NCBI GenBank assembly: GCA_035287205.1
Contig: DATEBV010000367.1
Location: 3,869-67,868 of the forward strand
From: Chthoniobacterales bacterium
Lineage (GTDB): Bacteria; Verrucomicrobiota; Verrucomicrobiia; Chthoniobacterales; UBA6821
DNA length: 64,000 nt
Direction: 5' to 3'
Made by a program: the position numbers and the translations under genes. Shown here piece after piece: positions 1 through 8,416 of this stretch (its first letter is position 1; each line of letters begins with the position of its first letter). The notes under the pieces are model-generated. The model searched no databases. It was not told the DNA's origin and saw only the letters and a list, made by a program, of their open reading frames with translations.

Positions 1-426
1 AGCGATAATGATGAACATCCTTTTTATCCTGCAAGTTGTCAGCTTGATAATATTCTTTCTGTTGCCGCGACGGGTATGACTGATGATCTTGTAACTTTTG
101 CCAAGCCAACGAATGCCCCCGTTGTACCCAGTATTGAGACAGGTTCTAATTATGGAGCTAAAAGTGTTCACCTTGCCGCTCCTGGGGATTTGATTATCTC
201 TGCATGGGCTGATGCCGATAATTCTTATAAGTTCGGTAGTGGCACTTCCTGTGCGGCACCTTATGTATCAGGATCTCTGGCGCTTCTTGAAGCTCAATAT
301 CCCAACGCATCGTATCAAGAATTAATAGCACATCTTCTTGATAATACCGATAAGACTCCGAAGCTTACGGATAAAGTAAGAACGGGACGATTGAATATTG
401 GGAAAGCGCTTCAAAATAGCCTGTAG
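1..426 (+). CDS. Subtilisin-like serine peptidase (S8 family), C-terminal part; 5' end outside the window
   Basis: Frame 1 is open from base 1 (SDNDEHPFYPASCQLDNILSVAATG...). 'GSGTSCAAPYVSGSLALL' fits the subtilase catalytic-Ser motif G-T-S-x-A-x-P-x-V-x-G. Stop at 424-426. Confidence 0.75.
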   Translation, partial: SDNDEHPFYPASCQLDNILSVAATGMTDDLVTFAKPTNAPVVPSIETGSNYGAKSVHLAAPGDLIISAWADADNSYKFGSGTSCAAPYVSGSLALLEAQYPNASYQELIAHLLDNTDKTPKLTDKVRTGRLNIGKALQNSL

Positions 427-515
427 GCTGCAGGAGGGAGAGTCGGAAGCAAAATTATCATAATATCCACCCTATAATTGGTGCTAGTTTTGTGACTGCT
501 AACGTTTCTTAAGCA

Positions 516-604
516 GGAAGAAATTCACCACAAAGAACACAAAGGTTCACAAAGATTCACAAAGAACACAAAAAAAGAAAAAAGAATTTTTATAAAAATT
601 CTTT
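516..604. repeat. RE-5-like solo end with the 22-bp palindrome
   Basis: ggaagaaattcaccacaaagaacacaaagg..., then AAGAATTTTTATAAAAATTCTT (582-603, perfect palindrome). Confidence 0.7.
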
Positions 605-636
605 AACATGTTAAGAATTAAAGAAGATTAGCGATC

Positions 637-852
637 GTGAAACATAAAGAATCTATTCAGATTAAAAAACGAGGTCGCCTCATCGCTTTGCTTACAGGAG
701 TCCAGAGCAGTGAACTAACAAATCATAAAAAAGTGAAGCTAGCTAAGCCAGATTTTGCTGCTCGTCGAAAAGCGCTTTGGAAGGGTCGTGTTTTTACTTC
801 TCAAGAAGTTGCTACTTTCAGAAACGATGAATTAGAAGGAGAAGACAGATGA
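637..852 (+). CDS. Small ORF resembling a truncated Phd/YefM-type antitoxin (orphan; no toxin gene follows)
   Basis: GTG start. 'IKKRGRLIALLTG' resembles the 'TDRGKPIAVLIA' strand of the antitoxin at 34537-34791, and the C-terminal 'ELEGEDR' parallels its 'AIRGDR'. Short and weak. Confidence 0.3.
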   Translation: MKHKESIQIKKRGRLIALLTGVQSSELTNHKKVKLAKPDFAARRKALWKGRVFTSQEVATFRNDELEGEDR

Positions 853-871
853 GGCATTTTTCTGAAACATC

Positions 872-2242
872 ATGCTAATGCGCATTTTTCTTATCTTAAT
901 AACGATAGTTCTTGCAGGGATTTCTTTTGTTAAAAGTAAAAATACAGCAACGTCCTTTCCAGGATTTCAGGTGCCTGTAGGGAATGATGGGCTGCGCGTT
1001 GCTGATAGCGAACCTCTTCGTAAATATTCGGTTAATCCGTTAGTAGAATATGCCAGGGGATCAACGGATAACCAGAGTGATCCTTCAAATCTTAATCAGC
1101 GTATCGATCAACCTAGAGCCTACAGCCTACAGCCTATAGCCTCTATTCGGCCTGTGGGTCGAATAGTTCAGGAACGTCCTTTTTATCAAGAAGAAATTAT
1201 CGATCCTGATAGTAGCTATCCTATGGCACATGTGGCCTCGATGACAGAGCTTCCAGATGGGACTTTAGCTGCAACATGGTATGCAGGAAGTGGTGAGGTG
1301 CAGCCTGATGTTAAAATTTATTTTGCGCTGAAAAAAAAGGGAGAGTTATTATGGTCAGAGTCGCGTATTATTATGACACGAGAAAAGGCGTCGCATGAGT
1401 TACAACGTTATATTAAGGCGCTTGGAAATGCCCTTATTTTCTCCGAAGTAGATGGAACGTTGCGCATACTTTATGTGACGATTTCCATGGGAAAGTGGTC
1501 AGGGAGTATGCTGAATCTCACATCATCTTGCGACGGCGGTATTACCTGGAAAAGAAGCCGGCGCTTATTTTTAAGTCCCTTTTTTAATTTGAGCGAGTTA
1601 GTGAAAAATGCGCCAACACCTCTTGAAAGTGGAGGATGGGCCATTCCGATTTATCAAGAGTTTTTAGGAAAATTTCCAGAACTGCTGTGGCTTATGCCAG
1701 AAAAGAATTCGGTCTGCGGAGAGAATTCTTTTTTGAGAGCCAGTAAGAGTCGTATAGCCGGGGGATGTTCTTTTTTTCAGCCTTCCATGACAGCCTTCAA
1801 TTCACCTAGTGCGGTTGTTTTTTTACGTGACTATATGACCTCGGGAAAAATTTGGCGAACAAAGACAGTTGATGCTGGTTCTTCCTGGTCGCAACCAGAA
1901 CCAACCACATTACCTAATCACGATTCTGGTCTCGCCTCATTACGTCTTTCTAATGGGTGGTTACTTTTAGCTTTTAACGATTCGACAACCTCTCGAGATA
2001 ACCTCCGACTTGCTCTTTCTAAGGATGAAGGAAAAACATGGAAGAGGATTGCAACTATTGCAGAAGAACCAAAGAGCGATTTTTCTTATCCCTATTTTTT
2101 ACAAACACAGGATGGCATGATTCATCTTCTCTATAGTTGGAAGCGACGTCATATCCATCATGTTGTTTTTAATGAGGAGTGGGTTAGGAAGCAGGAAACA
2201 GGTGACAGGAAACAGGCAGGGCTAATTCACCGAAATGTATAA
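872..2242 (+). CDS. BNR/Asp-box repeat protein, sialidase-like beta-propeller with N-terminal anchor or signal
   Basis: N-terminal hydrophobic segment IFLILITIVLAGISFV. Asp-box motifs S-x-D-x-G-x-[TS]-W (SCDGGITW, VDAGSSWS, SKDEGKTW). Carries an in-frame RE-1S repeat at 1020-1170. Confidence 0.6.
   Translation: MLMRIFLILITIVLAGISFVKSKNTATSFPGFQVPVGNDGLRVADSEPLRKYSVNPLVEYARGSTDNQSDPSNLNQRIDQPRAYSLQPIASIRPVGRIVQERPFYQEEIIDPDSSYPMAHVASMTELPDGTLAATWYAGSGEVQPDVKIYFALKKKGELLWSESRIIMTREKASHELQRYIKALGNALIFSEVDGTLRILYVTISMGKWSGSMLNLTSSCDGGITWKRSRRLFLSPFFNLSELVKNAPTPLESGGWAIPIYQEFLGKFPELLWLMPEKNSVCGENSFLRASKSRIAGGCSFFQPSMTAFNSPSAVVFLRDYMTSGKIWRTKTVDAGSSWSQPEPTTLPNHDSGLASLRLSNGWLLLAFNDSTTSRDNLRLALSKDEGKTWKRIATIAEEPKSDFSYPYFLQTQDGMIHLLYSWKRRHIHHVVFNEEWVRKQETGDRKQAGLIHRNV
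1020..1170 (+). mobile_element. RE-1S copy, in frame inside the BNR protein gene
   Basis: 151 nt, GTAAATATTCGG...CGAATAGTTCA. Encodes KYSVNPLVEYARGSTDNQSDPSNLNQRIDQPRAYSLQPIASIRPVGRIV. Confidence 0.8.
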
Positions 2243-2265
2243 ACATGGAATGGATGAAAGAAGAA

Positions 2266-2419
2266 GAAATTAACAGGGATGGAAGGGATAGAAGGGATGG
2301 CAGAAAAAGAATGTTGATTACTGAAGATCCAATCATTATTTGATTTTGAACACGTATTAATTTTATGCACACCATTTTTAATTTAGGCTCCGCCATCCCT
2401 TCCATCCCTATTAATTTTC
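2266..2419 (+). repeat. RE-6 full-length copy
   Basis: GAAATTAACAGGGATGGAAGGGATAGAAGGGATGGCAG ... CCGCCATCCCTTCCATCCCTATTAATTTTC. Confidence 0.85.
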
Positions 2420-2472
2420 TGTAAATTAATGCTGGTGGTTACAAAAAATGCAAAAATCAAATTAAACACGTT

Positions 2473-3093
2473 ATGTCTCTCCCCTTCATAAATTTTTTTG
2501 AGGCGTTAACTCCATGGTTAATGCTCCTATGGCTTTTTCAAAAAATAGCTAAGAACCGTCGATATTATCAGAAAGGAATTTTTTCCTTAATATTATTAGC
2601 GCTCCTTGCCGCAGGAATTCTAGCGCTTCCCATTCATGGGCTTTCTATAGCCCGGTGGGTTACCAGTTTCTCTAGTAGTTTTAGTATTCCTCTCGTGGGA
2701 CTTTTGGGAGTGGGTATTATTGAGCAGAGTTTTTCTAAGCGAATTTTTTCTTCTCGGAACTGGACGGGCGCATGGTTTTTTGGAGCGGCTGCAAGTCTTG
2801 TATTATACCCTTCCGCACTGGGGCTCAGTCGTTTTGATACTTATGTATGGGGGTGGAATTTTAGTCCACTAATGATAGGGGTAGCTTTAATAACGGTGAT
2901 TCTTCTTTGGCAAAAAAATCGCTTTGGAATCCTTCTACTTTTCTCCTTAGCTTCTTTTCATCTACATGTGCAAGAGTCTACTAATCTCTGGGATTATTTG
3001 ATCGATCCTATTTATGCGGTGATTGCGATACTGATGGTAATAAAAAAAATAAATTCCAAGGTCAAATCTCGACATTGCATTTTTATTTTGTAG
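2473..3093 (+). CDS. Hypothetical polytopic membrane protein
   Basis: 206-aa ORF with about 6 hydrophobic helices. No recognisable family motif. Confidence 0.4.
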   Translation: MSLPFINFFEALTPWLMLLWLFQKIAKNRRYYQKGIFSLILLALLAAGILALPIHGLSIARWVTSFSSSFSIPLVGLLGVGIIEQSFSKRIFSSRNWTGAWFFGAAASLVLYPSALGLSRFDTYVWGWNFSPLMIGVALITVILLWQKNRFGILLLFSLASFHLHVQESTNLWDYLIDPIYAVIAILMVIKKINSKVKSRHCIFIL

Positions 3094-3140
3094 TATAGGT
3101 CGTTTCGCAAGCTACTAACCACGAACTGATCTTCAAATTA

Positions 3141-3178
3141 GATCTCGAAATTAATGAATTATCATTAATTTCGAGATC
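3141..3178. promoter_or_regulatory. Perfect 17-bp inverted repeat, 8 nt upstream of the gltA ATG
   Basis: GATCTCGAAATTAATGA-atta-TCATTAATTTCGAGATC. Confidence 0.6.
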
Positions 3179-3186
3179 CCCGATTT

Positions 3187-4326
3187 ATGCCAATTATTGC
3201 CAAAGGACTCAAAGGTATCATAGCCAATACGACATCATTAAGTGATGTTCGTGGGGCGGAAGGCATTCTTGTTTATGCAGGCTACAACATTGATGAGCTT
3301 ATTGGGAAAGTAAGCTATGAAGAAGTTGTGCATCTTTTGTGGTACGGAGAGTTACCAACAGCGGTTCAGTTAGTACAATTACACGAAGAATTAGCGAATC
3401 AACGAGAGCTTCCTCAGGGAGTCCTTAATTTTATTCTTTCAGCTCCGCGTGATGCCAATCCGATGGATGTTATTCGTACAGGTGTCTCCATGTTGGGTCT
3501 CTACGATCACGAGCCTTCTGGGAACCAAAATCAAGCGGAACTATTGCGAGCCAATCGTCATCGTGCCCTTTCTATTACAGCCAAGGTAGGTGTTATTGCT
3601 GCCTATTATCATCGTGCACGTCAGGGTAAAGACCTCCCTCCGATTGATAAAAATCTCACAGAAGCAGAACATTTTCTTTATCTTCTCAATGGAGAAATGC
3701 CGACAAAAGAAGCAGCAGAGACACTTGATGTTGCCTACGTTCTTCATGCTGATCATGGGATGAATGCATCAACATTTTCTGCACGTGTTACTATTGCTAC
3801 ACTCACAGACCTTTATTCTGCGATCACTTCAGCTATAGGTACTCTTAAAGGTCCACTTCATGGAGGTGCGAATGAAGCTGTTATTTATATGCTTCAAGAA
3901 ATTGGCGATGAATCACGTGTTGATGATTGGGTGAACAATGCTCTTGAGCAGAAAAAGAAAATTATGGGTATCGGTCATGCTGTTTATCAAACACTCGATC
4001 CTCGTGCACCTCATCTCCGTACTATGGCAATAACTCTTTGTGAACGTTTAGGAGAAACAAAATGGATTCGTATAGCAGAGAGAATTTCTTTGTTAATGAA
4101 AGAAAAGAAAGGGTTGAATGCCAATGTCGATTTCTATTCAGCGATCGTCTATTACGCCCTTGGATTGCCAACAGATATGTTTACTCCTATTTTCTCGATA
4201 GCACGAACAGCCGGCTGGACAGCGCATGTTCTAGAACAACTTTCCGACAATAATCTTTACCGTCCTTTAAGTGAATATGTTGGACCTGTTGAAGGGAAAA
4301 AAGTCATTCCGATTAGCCAAAGGTAA
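3187..4326 (+). CDS. gltA: Citrate synthase (short, about 380-aa type)
   Basis: 379 aa. 'GHAVYQTLDPRA' matches the citrate synthase G-H-x-V-Y-x-x-x-D-P-R signature. 'LHADHGMNAST' and 'NVDFYSA' are catalytic-region motifs. Confidence 0.9.
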   Translation: MPIIAKGLKGIIANTTSLSDVRGAEGILVYAGYNIDELIGKVSYEEVVHLLWYGELPTAVQLVQLHEELANQRELPQGVLNFILSAPRDANPMDVIRTGVSMLGLYDHEPSGNQNQAELLRANRHRALSITAKVGVIAAYYHRARQGKDLPPIDKNLTEAEHFLYLLNGEMPTKEAAETLDVAYVLHADHGMNASTFSARVTIATLTDLYSAITSAIGTLKGPLHGGANEAVIYMLQEIGDESRVDDWVNNALEQKKKIMGIGHAVYQTLDPRAPHLRTMAITLCERLGETKWIRIAERISLLMKEKKGLNANVDFYSAIVYYALGLPTDMFTPIFSIARTAGWTAHVLEQLSDNNLYRPLSEYVGPVEGKKVIPISQR

Positions 4327-4327
4327 C

Positions 4328-4349
4328 TATTCGGCCCGGTGGCCGAATA
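4328..4349. repeat. Solo RE-1 terminal hairpin (TATTCGGCC-CGGT-GGCCGAATA), 2 nt after the gltA stop
   Basis: Perfect 9-bp stem with a 4-nt loop. Confidence 0.8.
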
Positions 4350-4430
4350 ATAGTTGTTAGTTATTAGCTCTTGGTTGTTAGTTGACTTTTTCGCTCTTGC
4401 TCAAAAGGTTATCAAAGCAAAGCGAAGTTT

Positions 4431-4608
4431 ATAAGTATTCGGCTAACTCAGGGGATAAAATTTTTCCTAAACATATTGGAATCCTCTCCTGAAGCGATTT
4501 TGAGAGTAAAAAGATTCGTTCTTTCCTTGTCACGAAGTGACCAAAAATCAACTTAAACTTAAACTTATAACTTAAACTAACTATTCGGCCTGTTGGCCGA
4601 ATAGTTAT
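4431..4608 (+). mobile_element. RE-1L copy
   Basis: ataagtattcgg...cttgtcacgaagtgaccaaaaatcaacttaaacttaaac...ctattcggcctgttggccgaatagttat. The last base overlaps the stop of the minus-strand GT-C gene. Confidence 0.8.
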
Positions 4609-6353
4609 CACCGCTCGATGAGAAGATCTTGATGAAAGAGATATTTTGCAATTTTTCCACTTAAGATAGCGCGAGTTTCTTTGGCATTAAAACGATCAAT
4701 GAGATTGAGCCTTCTCCCAAGGATGTGTGCACCTTGAAGATTTTCTCCACTCGTATTAGTGAGTGGTAGGCTGATAATAAATCGAGGAACCTTTGCTTGC
4801 ATTTCACTGATAGTAATATTCTCATTATAATCGTAGGGGATCAGTGCCTTCGCTTCTGGTAATAAGAATCGATATGATTCTTCTCTGGCATTGAAGTTCG
4901 TTGGAACCCAGATTTTTTTGTCGAGAACTGCCTCCTGTGCAACTTGATCAAAACGACCTAATGGGCCATCAAAGGGAGCTAAAAAGAGAGCGTAACAAAG
5001 ATAGAGAAGGATGGTTCCAGGGCAGGCAAGAGAAGCGGTGAGGTGTGGTTTTAATAGGCCAGCGAGCATGAGTCCGACTGTGAGAGCCAGTAAAAACCAA
5101 TAACCGATGGAATAGTGATAAAAACTCCAGGTTTCTAGAGCAAGGTCGTGTTGAAGGATGAGTGATAATCCACCGAGTCCCAATGTAATCACAGCAACTG
5201 CAAGAAGGGTGATGGCCATAATCCAACGAGGAATGCGATTCCAATGAAGGGCTAATAAGAGTGCTAATGCAGGCATTCCAAGCAAGAGATAGCGTTCATC
5301 ACGTTGGTTTGGGAAAGAGAAAAATACAAAAACGGTAATAACCCAGATCCAGAGAAGTTTGTCGCTGTTAGAAAGATTTTTTTGACGAAAAGAAAGATAT
5401 CCTAAGATGACAAGAGCTATCGTGGCCGGCGCTAAAAGTCCTGCATTAAAAGGATAGGCAATCACATTGCGCCAGATGCTAGAATTGCCCCAGAAGAAAT
5501 TAAGTAAGTAATTGCCTGCCCCTGCATCAAATTTCCCTAAATTTTCTTTTACGATGAAATTATTAAATACGGCTTGTGGATAAGGATCAAAAACAAACCA
5601 GAGTGAAAAAACTCCAAGAGCAATAAGAACAAGTAATAAAATTTTTCCTGTATCACGTTTGAGCCATACAGAAAACTGGTATTCGCGCGTATGGAGATAC
5701 CACCAGGCAAGCCCTAGAGAAACGGGAGCAACAAGGGCAAATGATTTATAGAGGAGGCCTAGACCAATAATGGATCCAAAAACAGGGATGATATTCCAGT
5801 AATTAAAAAGTTGAGGCCAATAAAGGAGGACAAAGAATGGGAGGAAACACCAGAAAATTTCTGGGCCACTGGTGAGGAAACAACGCCCATAGCGATAGAT
5901 GCCAAAGAAGCTTAAATAAATAAGGAAAGCCAGGAAGGCACTCTCCCATGTTCCAGAAAGTTTTTTACCTAATGAAAAAAGCATTAAGGCCGTTAGCAAT
6001 GTGTAGACGACATTAGGATAGCGAAGATTGGCGAGGCTCCAGTTTTTTGCTCCCTGAGTGGAGATGATTCCTTGCCAAAAAAGGAGAGGAGGCTTTGTGT
6101 TTTGGAGTCGAGCAATAGGTGATTGCAGTGGCAGTAAATGACCGCTCTGTGCAGTAGCTCTTGTTATTTGAGCATAGACAAGCTCATCACCATTGGTTGC
6201 TAGATGATCACTCCCTAGCCCATAGAAATAAACAAAGACGGCAAGGAGTGAGGCCAGGAGATAGAAGGATAGGCGTCCAAATCCTTCTTCCTTCGGAGGA
6301 AGGATTTGAACCAAATGATCTGACTGCGATGTAGTAGTGTTAATGCAATGCAT
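4608..6353 (-). CDS. GT-C fold glycosyltransferase, ArnT/PMT-like (family 39/83-like)
   Basis: 581 aa with more than 10 TM helices. First-loop acidic motif 'GDELVYAQ' is typical of ArnT/PMT enzymes. The first 27 codons, including the ATG, are encoded by RE-2 copy 6276-6355. The stop overlaps the end of RE-1L 4431-4608. Confidence 0.55.
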   Translation of the reverse strand: MHCINTTTSQSDHLVQILPPKEEGFGRLSFYLLASLLAVFVYFYGLGSDHLATNGDELVYAQITRATAQSGHLLPLQSPIARLQNTKPPLLFWQGIISTQGAKNWSLANLRYPNVVYTLLTALMLFSLGKKLSGTWESAFLAFLIYLSFFGIYRYGRCFLTSGPEIFWCFLPFFVLLYWPQLFNYWNIIPVFGSIIGLGLLYKSFALVAPVSLGLAWWYLHTREYQFSVWLKRDTGKILLLVLIALGVFSLWFVFDPYPQAVFNNFIVKENLGKFDAGAGNYLLNFFWGNSSIWRNVIAYPFNAGLLAPATIALVILGYLSFRQKNLSNSDKLLWIWVITVFVFFSFPNQRDERYLLLGMPALALLLALHWNRIPRWIMAITLLAVAVITLGLGGLSLILQHDLALETWSFYHYSIGYWFLLALTVGLMLAGLLKPHLTASLACPGTILLYLCYALFLAPFDGPLGRFDQVAQEAVLDKKIWVPTNFNAREESYRFLLPEAKALIPYDYNENITISEMQAKVPRFIISLPLTNTSGENLQGAHILGRRLNLIDRFNAKETRAILSGKIAKYLFHQDLLIER

Positions 6354-6355
6354 AG
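6276..6355 (-). repeat. RE-2 copy (sense to the GT-C gene; supplies its ATG and the first 27 codons)
   Basis: Reverse complement reads ctATGcattgcattaacactactacatcgcagtcagatcatttggttcaaatccttcctccGAAggaagaaggatttgga. Confidence 0.85.
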
Positions 6356-6529
6356 TTTTTTACAGGAATGGTGGAAAAAGAAACCTGGGGGTGAACTTGC
6401 TTGTTTTTCTTAATTCAGTTTGAGCTTACCTTTCTTCTTCATTTTATTTCAGTTCAGTTTAAACTCACGAAGTTAGAAAATACCAGCTCAACATTTTAGA
6501 ATCTGTCAAACTGGCCATCCACAAAAAAA

Positions 6530-8167
6530 TTGAACTCGTTGACCTCTTGCCCATGGAATACGATGAATGCCCAAAATGCAAGCGAAGTGAGAACTAAAAA
6601 ATCAGAAGAATTTGTGAATACATTCAACGAACCAAAGCAACTACGAACAACGCACTGCGAATTACCAACACCTACTCTTTTGTGGACCGCTTGCGCCTAT
6701 CGCAAGGCTATCGCCCATTATCTGAATCTCATTATTCCGAGGGGATCCTCGCTTTTAGAAATTGGATGTGGTTCGGGGGTTTTACTGCAGTTATTACAAG
6801 GGGTGAATAAAATGGGAATTGATCCCGATGTGAAGGCTGTTACTGCTGCCGCTTTGCTCAATCCCGAGGCAGAGCTCTTCGTCGCACGTGGGGAAGAATT
6901 TGTTCCTTCCTTAACGCCTGATGTCATTGTACTTTCTGATACGCTTAACCATGTTGACGATGTGCAGGCTGTTTTAGAAAAAGTGCATTCTTATGCTCAG
7001 TCGTCAACACGGCTAGTTACTACCTGTTATAATACTCTTTGGCGGCCTGCCTTGGCCTTGGCTACTTTATTTAGGTTAAAGGCTCCTCAACCGCCAATAA
7101 ATTGGCTTTCACGGCATGATCTTGAAAATCTCCTCGAGTTGTCTGATTGGGAAATTATTCGAGAGGAATCACGCATTCTTTGTCCGCTTGAGATACCCTT
7201 TTTATCCACTCTTCTTAATCGCTGGATTGCACCATTAGTTCCTTGTTTTTGTTTAGCTATTATTCTGATCGCACGGCCGAGATCATCAGGGAGGATGACT
7301 CTTAACGATAGAGCTCTTTCAAAACTCGCTTCTGCTGATGAAGTGCAAGGAGTCGACGGCGCTGAAAAATTCGAGTGGCAGGAGCTACTCGATGCTTCGA
7401 GCACCGGCGCGACGCAGCAATTCGCAGCAGAAGTAGAGTTTTCAAAGCGCTCTAGTGTATCGGTAATTATTCCGGCCCGTAACGAGTCCGGCAATATAGC
7501 TGCCGCTGTCGCACGTACGCCTGCAATGGGATTGTGGACGGAGCTTATTTTTATTGAAGGAAATTCAACGGATGACACATGGGCAGTAATTCAACAAGTC
7601 AAAGTTGCCCATCCCGAATGTCGTATTAAAATTGCCCAACAGCCGGGTCGCGGCAAAGGAGATGCTGTCCGTACAGGGTATGCCATGGCGGAAGGTGATA
7701 TTTTAATGATTCTCGATGCTGATTTGACCGTGCCTCCAGAAGATCTTCCGAAATTTTATCAAGCGGTAGCGAATGGATCTTGTGAATTTGCCAATGGGAG
7801 TCGTTTGGTTTATCCCATGGAGAAAAAGGCGATGCAGTTTCTTAATCTTTGCGCTAATAAATTTTTTGGAATCGCATTTTCGTGGCTGTTGGGCCAGCAG
7901 GTGAAGGATACGCTTTGTGGAACGAAAGTTTTAACGCGAGAAAATTATTTAAAAATTGCGGCGAATCGATCCTACTTTGGTAACTTTGATCCTTTTGGTG
8001 ATTTTGATCTTCTTTTTGGCGCGAGTAAATTAAACCTAAAAATTCGTGATATTCCTGTGCGTTATCGTGAACGAACTTACGGTGAAACTAATATCAGCCG
8101 TTGGAGTCATGGGGCTTTGCTCTTTAGGATGCTTGGCTTTGCGGCACGAAAGTTGAAATTTGTTTAA
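6530..8167 (+). CDS. Bifunctional class I SAM methyltransferase / family 2 glycosyltransferase fusion
   Basis: N-terminal 'LLEIGCGSGVLL' (SAM motif I), one TM segment, then GT2 motifs 'SVIIPARNE', 'ILDADLT' and 'NGSRLVYP'. TTG start at 6530 is uncertain (ATG at 6563). RE-3 copy 7316-7447 is in frame between the domains. Confidence 0.65.
   Translation: MNSLTSCPWNTMNAQNASEVRTKKSEEFVNTFNEPKQLRTTHCELPTPTLLWTACAYRKAIAHYLNLIIPRGSSLLEIGCGSGVLLQLLQGVNKMGIDPDVKAVTAAALLNPEAELFVARGEEFVPSLTPDVIVLSDTLNHVDDVQAVLEKVHSYAQSSTRLVTTCYNTLWRPALALATLFRLKAPQPPINWLSRHDLENLLELSDWEIIREESRILCPLEIPFLSTLLNRWIAPLVPCFCLAIILIARPRSSGRMTLNDRALSKLASADEVQGVDGAEKFEWQELLDASSTGATQQFAAEVEFSKRSSVSVIIPARNESGNIAAAVARTPAMGLWTELIFIEGNSTDDTWAVIQQVKVAHPECRIKIAQQPGRGKGDAVRTGYAMAEGDILMILDADLTVPPEDLPKFYQAVANGSCEFANGSRLVYPMEKKAMQFLNLCANKFFGIAFSWLLGQQVKDTLCGTKVLTRENYLKIAANRSYFGNFDPFGDFDLLFGASKLNLKIRDIPVRYRERTYGETNISRWSHGALLFRMLGFAARKLKFV
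7316..7447 (+). repeat. RE-3 copy, in frame (44 codons) between the MT and GT2 domains
   Basis: Termini CTTTCAAAACTCGCTTCTGCTG / CAGCAGAAGTAGAGTTTTCAAAG (19/22 inverted repeat). Encodes ...ASADEVQGVDGAEKFEWQELLDASSTGATQQFAAEVEFSK. Confidence 0.85.
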
Positions 8168-8201
8168 ATGAGTTCAAACTGAATTCAGGCAATAGAAAGA
8201 A

Positions 8202-8247
8202 GGAAGAAAATAGCCACAAAAGAACACAAAAAAAACACAAAAGAAGA
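8202..8247. repeat. RE-5 solo left end
   Basis: ggaagaaaatagccacaaaagaacacaaaaaaaacacaaaagaag. Confidence 0.75.
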
Positions 8248-8250
8248 AAT

Positions 8251-8383
8251 GTAAATATTCGGTTACACCATCGGTAAAATGTGCCAGCGAATCAACTAAT
8301 CATCAGAGTGATCTATCAAATCTTAATCAGTGTATCAACCTACAGCCTATAGCCTCTATTCGGCCTTTTTGTCGAATAGTTAC
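8251..8383 (+). mobile_element. RE-1S copy (5' end of the membrane-protein gene / intergenic)
   Basis: GTAAATATTCGG...GTCGAATAGTTAC. Homologous to 41270-41420. Directly follows RE-5 solo end 8202-8247. Confidence 0.8.
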
Positions 8384-8416
8384 CTTCACTCTTTACTTGT
8401 TGTTTTTGCCGACAGC

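Noticed and set aside
7087-7578. 163-aa minus-strand ORF, and the similar ORFs at 44019-44354, 56084-56281 and 6718-6927
   Set aside because: They lie antisense to well-supported genes (MT-GT2, ispG, GH). They stay open mainly because the palindromic RE-3 element is stop-free on both strands. They are shadow ORFs.
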